Assembly: GCA_963835065.1 (NCBI GenBank)
Contig: CAWIEK010000042.1
Span: 1-64,000, forward strand
From: an uncultured Chthonomonadaceae bacterium
GTDB taxonomy: Bacteria > Armatimonadota > Chthonomonadetes > Chthonomonadales > Chthonomonadaceae
DNA: 64,000 nucleotides
Direction: 5' to 3'
Part shown: in pieces, positions 20,026 through 30,193 of the stretch
Numbering within the stretch: position 1 is the first letter of the stretch
Layout of the letters: every line of letters starts with the position of its first letter
Position numbers and translations under genes: made by a program
Notes under the pieces: generated by a model
What the model was told of the DNA's origin: nothing
Database searches by the model: none
Seen by the model: only the letters and a program-made list of their open reading frames with translations

Positions 20026-21741
20026 ATGTTTTCTAAATTTCCCGTCTGTAATAGTTTGCTCGTTTGGATTGTAAGCGGGCTTGTGTTTGTCGGCGCAACG
20101 GCAGCGTCGAATGCGCAAACTCCCGCTGCGCCGAAAACTAATTCCGCCATGCAGAAACGCTGGCTGTTTATCTGGCGGGATATGAGCGATCCGAAAGAAG
20201 TGGATCGCGTGATTGCCCGGATGCCCCGCGCGCAGGCGGACGGGTACAACGGGGTCGCGTTTTCGTATAATGTCGCGCCTGCGAAAGCCGCTGCGTTGCG
20301 GCAGGAAGCGCAAAAGCACAAGCTGGACCTGGTCGCCATTGTGATGAACGGCTCCCATGACCGTAACTATGCGGAAGGCGTTCTTTCCAGAGACGCGCTG
20401 TTTGTCGCGCAAAACGGAACCGCTACGCTGAAACAGGACAATCCGACGCGCGTTCTCAACGGTGACTTTGAGAACGCGAATGGCAACCACTTTGCCGGAT
20501 GGGCGTTTCAGGACGATGAGGGCGTGACCACGTTTGCCGACCACGACGTGACCCATAGCGGCAAAACATCCCTGCGCATGGAAAACATCGGCAAGAACCC
20601 GGATCGGCATTGCCGGGTTATGCAGCCGCTTGCCTTGCAGCCGCACCGCCAGTACCACTTATCCGTGTGGATCAAAACGGAAAACATGACGCCTGCCGAC
20701 CCGGAAGTAAAGGTGCTGACCAAAGATACGGGCCGTCAAATCAGTTGGCAGACCTTCCACACGGACAAAACGCAGGACTGGAAACGCTATGACATCGTTT
20801 TCAACAGCCTGGAGAATCGGGACAGCCTGCTGTATCTCGGTTCCTGGTACGGCAAGGACGGCAAAGTGTGGTGGGACGACCTGCAAGTGGAAGAAATCGG
20901 ACTCGTCAACGTCCTGCGCCGACCCGGAACGCCCGTCACGGTGCGCGGGGAAAATGGAACGACCTATCAGGAGGGGCAGGATTACGCGCCCCTCGTTGAC
21001 CCGCTACTCAGTCCCTGGCATGCCTACCACGACGCCCCGGTTATCAAGCTGACGCCCAACACCCGCATTACATCCGGCGAGCGCCTGCGCGTCAGTTACT
21101 ACCATCCCATCATCATTTATGAGGATCGGGTGACAAGCTGCCTGAGCGAACCCAAAATCTTCGAGGACTGGCGCGAGGAAGTGAAACAGGCCAACGCCCT
21201 GCTGCATCCCGCCGCCTTTTTGATGTCGCACGATGAATTGCGGGTCATCAACCAGTGCGCGTTGTGCCAGAGCAAGCACGAGACGCCCGGACAACTGCTG
21301 GCCGAAAACGTCCACAAGGCAGCGCAAATCATCCGCGACATTCGCCCTGATGCTGAAATTTGGGTCTGGAACGATATGTTCGACCCACTCCACAACGCCG
21401 TAGACAACTTTTATGCGGTAAACGGCCCGCTGGCAGGCTCATGGAAGGGGCTGGACAAGGGTATCGGCATCGTCAACTGGCACGGCGGCTTGATGGGCAA
21501 AAACAGCCAGTTCTTTGCCGACATGGGGCTGCGGCAGATTTTGTCGGGCTACTACGACGGGGATGAGGACGGCTCCGGCATTGCAAAGTGGATCGCGGCC
21601 ACCAAAACCGTTCCCGGCGTGGTTGGCGCGATGTACACGACGTGGGAAGACAAATACGACGCGATGGACGTGTGGGCGCAGAAAGCCTGGGGCGGCGGCG
21701 GAGCCAAAGCAACGGCTGTCTCGCGGGCTTCGCAGCCTTGA
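20026..21741 (+). CDS. Secreted carbohydrate-binding (CBM4/9-like) protein with probable glycoside-hydrolase barrel
   Basis: Signal peptide, NGDFE..WWDDLQV CBM-like module, MSHDELR, VWNDMFDPLHNA and GAMYTTW motifs. Confidence 0.75.
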   Translation: MFSKFPVCNSLLVWIVSGLVFVGATAASNAQTPAAPKTNSAMQKRWLFIWRDMSDPKEVDRVIARMPRAQADGYNGVAFSYNVAPAKAAALRQEAQKHKLDLVAIVMNGSHDRNYAEGVLSRDALFVAQNGTATLKQDNPTRVLNGDFENANGNHFAGWAFQDDEGVTTFADHDVTHSGKTSLRMENIGKNPDRHCRVMQPLALQPHRQYHLSVWIKTENMTPADPEVKVLTKDTGRQISWQTFHTDKTQDWKRYDIVFNSLENRDSLLYLGSWYGKDGKVWWDDLQVEEIGLVNVLRRPGTPVTVRGENGTTYQEGQDYAPLVDPLLSPWHAYHDAPVIKLTPNTRITSGERLRVSYYHPIIIYEDRVTSCLSEPKIFEDWREEVKQANALLHPAAFLMSHDELRVINQCALCQSKHETPGQLLAENVHKAAQIIRDIRPDAEIWVWNDMFDPLHNAVDNFYAVNGPLAGSWKGLDKGIGIVNWHGGLMGKNSQFFADMGLRQILSGYYDGDEDGSGIAKWIAATKTVPGVVGAMYTTWEDKYDAMDVWAQKAWGGGGAKATAVSRASQP

Positions 21742-21743
21742 GG

Positions 21744-21808
21744 AGTTGATAGTTGATAGTTGATAGAGATGCAGAATTCACAAACTATCATCCACCAACT
21801 ATCAACTA
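21744..21808. repeat. Hairpin of inverted GTTGATA heptamer arrays
   Basis: AGTTGATAGTTGATAGTTGATAG ... CAAACTATCA..CAACTATCAACT immediately after a stop codon. Confidence 0.8.
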
Positions 21809-21979
21809 TTTATATCTGTCACACGCGCCGCGTGCTGTCGTTTCCCGGAAGATGAGATACTTCCCTTTTCGAAGAATTGGGGCAAGGCGCTATGAACGGT
21901 ATTCACTACCCGCATGAAAATGCCCGAACACCTGAATACCGAATACCTGAACACCGACTTTTCCGGTTGAAGTTAAGGG

Positions 21980-22342
21980 CTATCGGTGATTAAGGATCAA
22001 GCCACCCGCGATATACACAAGCGCGTAGGCAATGATTCCCAGGCGCCCGTAACGCCGCACCATTTGCGGATATTTGCGGGCAATGACCTCCAGCAGCACC
22101 AGTTGCGGGATCGTCATCATCAGTTTGGCGAAGGCGAACGCAAGCGGGGAAATGGCGGCGTAAGGCGCAAGCACAGGGTTTGCCTCCACCACGACGCCAC
22201 ACTCCATCAGGTACAGCGTGGACAGCATATCCAGCACGGCCAGGCCGCCCAGAAGCTGCGCTTCCAGACTGAGTTTGAAGTTTCGCAAGTCAATCGTTTC
22301 ATTCCAGAGCGCCAGAGCCATGTGAGAGTGAATCCTTTCCAA
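21980..22342 (-). CDS. Small membrane protein, DUF5658-like
   Basis: LDMLSTLYL..G..EANP..FAFAK pattern with three hydrophobic segments. Confidence 0.7.
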   Translation of the reverse strand: MERIHSHMALALWNETIDLRNFKLSLEAQLLGGLAVLDMLSTLYLMECGVVVEANPVLAPYAAISPLAFAFAKLMMTIPQLVLLEVIARKYPQMVRRYGRLGIIAYALVYIAGGLILNHR

Positions 22343-22591
22343 AGACGCGAACGGCGGGATGCCTAACCAATTGTGGTTATTTGCCCGCCGAACTTTCTAC
22401 CTGGTTCCGGCAATGTTCACCGCAACCGCGCGCATTTCCTTCTCACGGCTCTGTCGTTTTTTCTTTTTCAGGTATTTTTACCGGATGGCCGTGCCGGCCA
22501 TTACAAAACGATAGGAGCGCCGTTGCTGTTGTTGTGTGTCATGCCTTCACGGGCAAGGGAGTTGCCTCCATTTTCAGAAGAAAGACGCTCT

Positions 22592-25387
22592 ATGTCGCTT
22601 AATCTGTTCCGTACTTTCTGTCTTTTGCTGTTCGGCGCGGTTCTGGTGGGCGCGGCAATGCTGCTGCCGCTTCCCCTCCGGGCGCAGGTCGTCCTCAAAC
22701 CGAACGGGCAAAACGCGGTTCCCCTGCGCGTGAAGTCTCTCAGCGTGGATACGCGCATTGAAAGGCAAATCGCCGCTTCCAAACTCACGCTCACCTTCCA
22801 GAACGAAACCCGGCAGCGCATCGAAGCCGATTTCCTGTATACCCTGCCGCCGAATACGCTGGTCACGGGGTTCGCGTACTGGTACGGGAACGAGAAAGTG
22901 GTTGCCCGCGTGGTGGAAAAAGAGCGCGCGGCGACGATTTACGCTTATATTACCGCCCGTATGCGCGACCCGGCCTTGATTGAAATGGTGGGCAAAAACA
23001 CGTTCCGCGCCCGCATTTTTCCTATTCTGCCCAACGCCGACTTGAAAGTGGAGATGCAGCTTGTGCAGGCGCTCCCTTCCGACGCGCAGGGCGCTGTTTA
23101 CGCCCTTCCCCTGCCGACGCAGCGCGGACAGCAGCTTGACGCGCTGGATATTCGGGTACGGGTTCCCATTACAAACGGCGTGGACAGGGTTCTCAACAAC
23201 TGGGGGCTGCCCGTAACGCGCGAAAACGGCATGTTTGATTTCCATATCAGCGGCGCGAACTACCGTCCCGTGAAAGATTTGCGCGTCACGATTACGCGCC
23301 CGGTTCTGCCCCTCCACGCCGAACTGCTGGCAGCCCGCTCCGGCGGGCCGGACGGCTTTTTTGCCCTTGCTCTCACCCCTGACCACTCGCTTCACGCCCC
23401 TGAAGTTCGCATTGCGGGCGTGTCCACGTACCAGGTTCTGCCTTCGCGCCTGCCGGATGTGAAAGCCAATCAATCGCTGCTCGTTGTAGGGCGGTACAGG
23501 GGCAGCGGCGCGGCCATTGTAACCCTGACCGGGCAGGGGCAGGACGGCAGGCAAACGTATGCGCAGCGGGTTGTGTTCGGGAACGAGTTGATTGCCAACA
23601 ACCTCGCGTCCAAATTGTGGGCGGCGCGGCAAATCGAGCAGTTAAGCGCGAACAACGCCAACCGCAGCGCCGTTCTTGCCCTGAGTCTGCGACATACGCT
23701 GCCAAGCAAGTACACGTCCTGGCTTGCCATTCCCAAAGCCGAACTGGAACGCTATGCGCGGGAAAAAGCGGAAGCCGACATGAACGTGATTGCCAACCAG
23801 CTTGCGCATCGCATGGCGGAAGGCGGGGGCAACACGAGCGAAGCGCGGCAGTTGCGCCTTCAACTGGCCGCCGCCTGCAAGCAGACAGGCTACTTCCCCG
23901 AAGAGCGAACGCGCTTCGCCCTGGAATCCGCCATGAACCAGCTTTTCTACGCGCTGCAAGACGCGAAGCAGCATGGAGCGTCGGGTCGCCAGATTTCCGA
24001 TTGGCAAACGCAGTTGCATCGCCTGTCCGTCCTGACCGGTTTGCCGACAGCGCCTGTTGCCCGGCAGGTGTATCACGACAAACTCTACCGGAACGCCATC
24101 ACCGTTTCGCAGCGTCTCACGCAGGAAATCGGGTCGGGGCGTCCGTACAGCAGTGAGGCCAAAAAGCAGCGGCTGGCCCTGAACCGCCTGCGCAAATTGC
24201 TCGGCGCAGATTCGCTGAACCCTCTAAGCGACGCCTTATCGCAGGAACAATACCGCATCGCGCAGGCGTGGCTCAAAGAAGTTGAGGAGGGGCGGGGGAA
24301 TAGCGCAAAAGCGCAAGCCTTGCGCGCGGGATTGCGTCCGCTGACCTGGCTGTTCGGAACCAACCCTGCAAATCAGGCTCCTGCGCTGTTGGGCGCGCGT
24401 CTGAGCGAACTTGCCACGGAGATTGTTACGGAACGGCACAGGGAGCATGGGAACGCCGCCAAAATCGCCCAGTGGGAAACCGAATACCAACAGCTTAAAA
24501 CGCAGTTCGATCCAGACTTCGCGGACACCTACCTGTTACAAGCCGAAGCGTATTGGGAATATCGGCAGGGCGAACCGTTCTGGCAGCAGAGCAATGAGGA
24601 ACAAAACAAGCCGAACCCGGACAAGCAGCGCATTGCCGACTTGCGGGCGCAGGCGGAGGCGCACTATAAACTTTATAGAGAGAAAATGGAAATTTATACC
24701 AAAGCCTATTATGGCTACTACCGAAAGCAGGCCAATCGGCAAGTGACGAGCGAAGATATAGAGGCTGTATTCGCTCGCCCCCAAACGGCCGGTGACCGCA
24801 ATCAACTTCTGGCGCTGCAAACCTTGCGGGCCGACCTGCTGCGTCACCAGGTGGAAGTACAGGCGGAAACGCGGGCGCGGGGCGGCGATCCATTAATTCA
24901 GGTGGAAGCGCCCGCCGATGCCGTCAACGTGGTGGCCCTCATGCCCGACGGGGACATCAAGCGGCTTGCCTACAACGTAGCGAATAAAAAGTGGGAAGCG
25001 CGTTTCGACATTCCGATGTACGCCAAAGAAGGCGCCTACGCGGTACAAATCATCATCGTGCTGAAGGACGGAACGCGGCAGCAGATTGTCATGCGCTACC
25101 ATGTGGACACGACGCCGCCACAGGCAACGGGTACGGCGCAGATCACCGCCAACAGCGGAGAACCGACCCTGCGCCTGGAAGTGGAAGCCGACGCGGACAC
25201 AGCCCGCGTTACCGCTCTATTGCCCTGGGGCGAACAAACCCCGCTCAAGCCTTCTGCGGAACCGAACCATTTCTTTGCCCTGGTTCCCATCCCTCCCGCG
25301 CAGCGCGGAACGTCGGCAGCCGTGACCTACATCGTCACCGACAAAGCCCACAACCGGACGATCATTACGGTGGACATGAAACCATGA
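22592..25387 (+). CDS. Secreted VIT-domain protein without a recognisable vWA domain
   Basis: Signal peptide; LTFQN..IEADFLYTLP..VVEKERA..Y..RDPALIE..FRARIFPI VIT motif; LWAARQIEQL..SKYTSWLA; long helical middle. Confidence 0.85.
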   Translation: MSLNLFRTFCLLLFGAVLVGAAMLLPLPLRAQVVLKPNGQNAVPLRVKSLSVDTRIERQIAASKLTLTFQNETRQRIEADFLYTLPPNTLVTGFAYWYGNEKVVARVVEKERAATIYAYITARMRDPALIEMVGKNTFRARIFPILPNADLKVEMQLVQALPSDAQGAVYALPLPTQRGQQLDALDIRVRVPITNGVDRVLNNWGLPVTRENGMFDFHISGANYRPVKDLRVTITRPVLPLHAELLAARSGGPDGFFALALTPDHSLHAPEVRIAGVSTYQVLPSRLPDVKANQSLLVVGRYRGSGAAIVTLTGQGQDGRQTYAQRVVFGNELIANNLASKLWAARQIEQLSANNANRSAVLALSLRHTLPSKYTSWLAIPKAELERYAREKAEADMNVIANQLAHRMAEGGGNTSEARQLRLQLAAACKQTGYFPEERTRFALESAMNQLFYALQDAKQHGASGRQISDWQTQLHRLSVLTGLPTAPVARQVYHDKLYRNAITVSQRLTQEIGSGRPYSSEAKKQRLALNRLRKLLGADSLNPLSDALSQEQYRIAQAWLKEVEEGRGNSAKAQALRAGLRPLTWLFGTNPANQAPALLGARLSELATEIVTERHREHGNAAKIAQWETEYQQLKTQFDPDFADTYLLQAEAYWEYRQGEPFWQQSNEEQNKPNPDKQRIADLRAQAEAHYKLYREKMEIYTKAYYGYYRKQANRQVTSEDIEAVFARPQTAGDRNQLLALQTLRADLLRHQVEVQAETRARGGDPLIQVEAPADAVNVVALMPDGDIKRLAYNVANKKWEARFDIPMYAKEGAYAVQIIIVLKDGTRQQIVMRYHVDTTPPQATGTAQITANSGEPTLRLEVEADADTARVTALLPWGEQTPLKPSAEPNHFFALVPIPPAQRGTSAAVTYIVTDKAHNRTIITVDMKP

Positions 25388-27066
25388 ACAGATGGGAAAT
25401 TCTTTTCGCCGCATGGCTCCTGCTAATTGGGTCGTCAGCAAGGCCGCAGCAGGCAGCAACGGCAACGCCGCAGCAAGCCGCAACCGTAACGCCGCGTATT
25501 TACACGAGTACGCGGCAGGTGACGGGATTGGCAGTTGCGCCGGATGGCAGCGTATGGGTGGCGACAACGGGCGGCGTGTGCCAAATTCTGCCGGACGGCA
25601 CACAGCGCAAATTCACACGAATGGACGGCCTGCCTTCCCACGAAGCGCGTCATATTGCCCTTCGTAACGGCAGCATCGTAGTCACGTTTCCCACCGCAAC
25701 CGCCGTATGGAAAGCGGAACAATGGCACAGCGAACCTATTCCCATAACGCCTACCGACATACAGCCCACGCCACGCGCCGCAACACCTAAAATACCCGAA
25801 TACCGAACACCCAATCACAACCACCAATACTAACACCAGTCCCCGAACACCCTCCCCATGATTTGCGAAACAGTGTGGCGGGGCAGGCGTTATGTGGCAA
25901 CGGCGCGTGGGCTGGCGGCGCAGCAACGGAACCGGATGGCAGGATATACCCCTGCCGCCTTCGACGGGAACGCACATCAGCGTCCTGCTTGCCCGCCGGG
26001 AAGCCGGGATAATTTGGTCGCGGCGCTGTTCGGGGATGGATTGTGGCAATATGACGGCAAAGCGTGGCAGCCGCTTGCCATTCGCCTGCCACTGGAAACG
26101 CGGGACATTACCGCGCTTGCCGAACAGGGAACCGCGCTCTGGGTTGGGACGCGGCGCGCGGGCGTGTGGCGTTTACAGGCAGGCAAATGGCAGTCGTACC
26201 TGCAGGACAATGAGCCGTTCAACACCGACTGTCAGGCGCTTGCCCTGTATGCGGGCAGGCTGTTTTGCGGCAGTCTGGAAGACGGGTTGGCGATTCAAAC
26301 GCAGGCTACAGCGGAATGGCGGCACGAAACCACGCCTGCGCTTTCCTTTCACGCGCCGCGCCAGATGGCCGTGTTTCAGAACCGCTTGTATCTGCGGCAA
26401 ACCGATGGCAAGGTAGACCGTTTCGATGGCAAAACGTGGGAACGAAATGTGTTTGCGGGCATTCCCCGCGAAGAAGTCACCGCGCTTGCGGCGGATGGCG
26501 AACATCTGTATATTGCGCAATGGGGCGGCTGGAGCGTTTGGGACGGCAGGCAGTGGGCGCATCATCTGGACAATCCCGACCTGCAAAGTGTTGCGCTGAC
26601 CTGTCTTCTGCCGGAGGGGAACACGCTCTGGATCGGCACACAGGGCAAGGGCGTTGTGGAAGTCAACCTTGCCACGCAAACTCTGCGCCGCCACGATGAG
26701 CGGCACGGCCTGTCGGACGACTGGATTACCTGCCTGCTGCGCGTGGGCAAGTCTCTGTATGCCGGAACGTTTGTCGGTGGGCTGGCAAAATGGGACGGCG
26801 CGAAGTGGAACACGTATCCGCAACTTGACAAAGCCAATGTCACCGCGCTTGCCGAAGACCCGCATGGCGGCGTGTGGATTGGAACCCGAACCGGATTATG
26901 GCAACTGTCTGCGGACGGCGTTCTTACCTGCCTGAACACCCGCCTGCCCTGGCTCGACACGGAAGCGCAAAGCCTATGCGCCGACAACAATGGCCTCTGG
27001 ATAGGGACACGAACCAGCCTGACATTTCTGCCCTATCCACAACACATAAACGCTATTCTAAGGTAG
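25384..27066 (+). CDS. Secreted beta-propeller protein (two-component-regulator propeller repeats), frameshifted at about 25830-26010
   Basis: ATGA overlap with the VIT gene; VWVATTGG, DGLPS, LWIGTQGKG, HGLSDDWITCL and VWIGTRTGL repeats. Confidence 0.8.
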
Positions 27067-27357
27067 CGTTTCATCGGCTGGCGGCAGTTCCTGTTCTGCC
27101 TTTGCTTTCTCGGCGCGGATTTCCTCCTCAAGTTCGGCTTCCATTTGATCGAAAAATTCGTCGCCATCCGTTAGTCTGCCTGCTCGCGCTGACGCGACTC
27201 CTGCCGCGATTTTCTTTCTGATTTCCGCTTTGGCAAGGTCGCGTTCCTCCAGCATACGGAGGGCTTCGCGCATCACTTCACTGGCGGAATTGTAGCGTCC
27301 CGTCTGCACTTTGCTTTGCACAAGTTGTTCCAATTCGGGAGTAAGGTCAACGTTCAT
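27058..27357 (-). CDS. ParD-like (CopG/RHH) antitoxin, no adjacent toxin
   Basis: MNVDLTPELEQLVQSKVQTGRYNSASEVMREALR..KIAAG. Confidence 0.88.
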   Translation of the reverse strand: MNVDLTPELEQLVQSKVQTGRYNSASEVMREALRMLEERDLAKAEIRKKIAAGVASARAGRLTDGDEFFDQMEAELEEEIRAEKAKAEQELPPADETLP

Positions 27358-27452
27358 TGTAAATTTCCTTTCTGACAAGTTGCTTTGTAAACCCATTATA
27401 ACCCGCTATGCCTCGTTGCGTCAATGTTGGACGTGCCTGTAAAAGCGCCGTT

Positions 27453-28574
27453 TCAATAGGCTCGCAGCGTATTGCCGCGCAGACGTTCGTTTAGAACCGA
27501 AGCGGCTTCTTTGCGGGGGAGGGTGACGGTGTTGGGGTCGCCGTCGCTGATGTAGCGGACTTTGGGATGGGCTTTGAGATAGTCCAGCCAATGCGTCAGG
27601 CCGTCGCCGTCTTCTATCGGCTCGATGCGCGGGATGCGGAACGGGTTGAACTTGCGGGAAACGGGAGACGGCGCCGGCCCACCCCACGCATCCACAACGG
27701 CGCGGTTGGCGTAGTGGATGCCGCCCGCTTCGCCGTTTCTGAGAATGGCCTCGTTTTTGGAGCGGGGATGCTGGCCGCCGGGCAAGGCGAGGATGTTGAC
27801 CTGCGCGCCCGGAGCCATCTGCTCGACGGACGCTTTGCCCTGCGCGATTTCGCGCACAATCGCCCCATCCTCCATGCGCCCGAAGTAGTGATGATTGAAC
27901 GTATGGTTTTGCAGGTCGCAGCCCATCGCCCGCAATTCGCGGAACTTCTGCGCCGTTTGCCGGTGGTTGCCAAATCCCCATTCCGTCAGGACGAAGAACG
28001 TGGCTTTGACGGGAAAATCCGGGTGCGTTCGGGCAAACTCCTGCAAAATGCCCACGCCGCATTCCGGGTCAATGCTGCCGTCTTTGCGATACCGAAACTG
28101 CGACTCGCGGGCGTCGTCAAAGGTCAAAATCACGGGCGTCATGCCCGCCGGCACATCTATGTGGTTGTCCAGGTAGTCCTGAAAGGAAATCGGACGGTAG
28201 TTTTCCGCGTACAGCCGTTCCAGATCGTGCCGGAAGGCGCGCGGGCTGTGGAACATCTTGGTTCTGCCCGCCTTGATGTCATGGTATTCCAGGATGGGAA
28301 ACTGCCCCGCTTCGTTGACGCCCAGCCGCGTCAGTTCCTCAATGGAAAGCGCGGGCGCGGCAGGTTTGTTCACGCTTGCCGTCTTTGCGCCACGCGCCGC
28401 CGTGTTTGCGTCGCGTTCCGGTTCGGGAATGGCCGCGCGCATTTTCACGATTTCGCCAACGGCAAGGATCAACACCAGCATGAAAACGACGGCGGATTGT
28501 AACAATTGCCGGCGTCGTTTCGCTCTGCGGCGCTTGCGGTTACGGCTGCGCGGGGTGGCGGGTTCGGTGGTCAT
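27453..28574 (-). CDS. Membrane-anchored polysaccharide deacetylase (NodB/CE4)
   Basis: PILEYH, LTFDD, KATFFV, NHTFNH motifs after a basic N-terminus and TM helix. Confidence 0.88.
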   Translation of the reverse strand: MTTEPATPRSRNRKRRRAKRRRQLLQSAVVFMLVLILAVGEIVKMRAAIPEPERDANTAARGAKTASVNKPAAPALSIEELTRLGVNEAGQFPILEYHDIKAGRTKMFHSPRAFRHDLERLYAENYRPISFQDYLDNHIDVPAGMTPVILTFDDARESQFRYRKDGSIDPECGVGILQEFARTHPDFPVKATFFVLTEWGFGNHRQTAQKFRELRAMGCDLQNHTFNHHYFGRMEDGAIVREIAQGKASVEQMAPGAQVNILALPGGQHPRSKNEAILRNGEAGGIHYANRAVVDAWGGPAPSPVSRKFNPFRIPRIEPIEDGDGLTHWLDYLKAHPKVRYISDGDPNTVTLPRKEAASVLNERLRGNTLRAY

Positions 28575-28576
28575 GG

Positions 28577-28708
28577 TCAGTGTTCAGGTGTTCAGGTGTT
28601 CGGGTGTTTGGGTGTTCAGGTACTGAATTGCAAGTCTTGCCGCGCACACGTAAATATGTTGCTCTTGCATTGTCCCGAACACCTGAATACCTGAACACCT
28701 GAACACCG
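28577..28708. repeat. Hairpin of inverted GGTGTTCA octamer arrays
   Basis: GTGTTCAGGTGTTCAGGTGTTCGGGTGTTTGGGTGTTCAGG ... CCGAACACCTGAATACCTGAACACCTGAACACC. Confidence 0.85.
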
Positions 28709-28718
28709 ATGGATCTCC

Positions 28719-29811
28719 TCAATACGTTCGCAGTTTCGAGCCGTTGAGACGCTTGGGGTCAATGCGCGACTCCAAGCTTTTGGGGATCGTGGTAATCGCC
28801 GGGTCGCCGTCGCTGACGTAGCGCGTATGGTTGGTTTTGATTTGTTCCAGCAGGGCGATGCTGCATACGCTGCTGTCGGGAACGGACGGGTTTACGTCCG
28901 CGGATTGGATGCGGGGGATGCCGGTCGGCTTGAAGCGTTTGGAAATCACGGCGCGGGCGGGGCCGGCTCCGACAAGCATCACGGCGCGATTGTGGTAACG
29001 GATGCCGCCGGATTGCCCGTCAACCGCCAGCGCTTTGTTATGCGGCGATACGCCGAACGGGCAGCGCGAACTCGTCCACATGCGCCTGGGGCAGCATCTT
29101 TTGTATGGCCTGCTGACATAAAGCGATTTCGCGCTGTACCTTTTCGTCCGACAGACTGCGCAGGTTGGCGTGTGTGAGGGTGTGGTTCTGAATTTCGCAG
29201 CCCATCGCCACAAGCGCCTGCATTTTCTTTTGCGTGGATTCCGGCTGCCCGAAACCCGTGTGCGTTCCCGGCGTGGGCTGCACGAAGAACGTGGCCTTGA
29301 CGGGGAAATCCGGGTGCTGCCGCGCAAATTCCTGCATAATGCCGATGGCGCACTCCGGGTCTACGCTGCCGTCCGGCATGTAGCGGAACTGGGTTTCGCG
29401 GGCGTCGTCGAAGGTCATTACAACAGGGCTTTTGCCTAATGCGATACCGATTTTATTGTCCAGATATTCGGCTAATGTGACGGGGCGGTAATCGTTATCG
29501 TACAGGCGCTGCAATTCCTTACGGAACCCCTGCGGGCTGCGCACATAGGAGCCAACCTGGTCGGGTTTGTACCTGCCAACGCCTTTGGTGTCAATGGAAT
29601 GGTACATCAAAATCGGCACGACCCCGGCTTCGTTGGGCTTGAGCGCCAACTGCTCCGCCGAAAGCGGCGCGGCAGACGCGCCCGTACTGCGCCCCGGTTT
29701 GGCGGACATTGCGGGCGCGGTGTTGGCCGCAACATTGGCGCGGCAATGACAACCCATGCCCGCCAGAAGAACAAGGCTCACTCCCAAATAACCTAAGTGC
29801 CGATGTTTCAT
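28719..29811 (-). CDS. Second polysaccharide deacetylase paralog (lipoprotein-like), frameshift near 29060
   Basis: LLAGMGC signal, PILMYH, MTFDD, NHTLTH; C-terminus YVSDGDP continues in the 28719..29327 frame. Confidence 0.85.
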
Positions 29812-29896
29812 GCGCGTGTGCTTCCTGATTAAAAATGATACTGGTGTATTCGACTGCGTTCGCCGGATTTCCTGCTTTGGCTGTGGTGGGTTTGTC

Positions 29897-30034
29897 TGAA
29901 CCATGATTTTTCATGATTAGGATGATTAACATGATGATGCGTCTTCTCAATCATAGTTTATCCCTCAATGATTCAAATCATAGTTCGGGCGAGGGCATCA
30001 TGGTAATCCTGAAAATCACATAAATCATGGTTCA
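29897..30034. repeat. Hairpin with CATGAT-containing 9-mer arrays
   Basis: TGAACCATGATTTTTCATGATTAGGATGATTAACATGATG ... CATCATGGTAATCCTGAAAATCACATAAATCATGGTTCA. Confidence 0.75.
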
Positions 30035-30193
30035 AGACAGTATTGCAGGGAAATGCCGTTCGGATGTGGAACTGTTGGCAGCAGTCTTTAGATTGATGAG
30101 ATTCGCGTACAAAATTCTTCGCGAAGCCGCCGGGGTTCGGAATCGAGTGTTTTGAAACCATCCGGCGCGCTTCCGCGCAAAAGGAGCAAGGCA

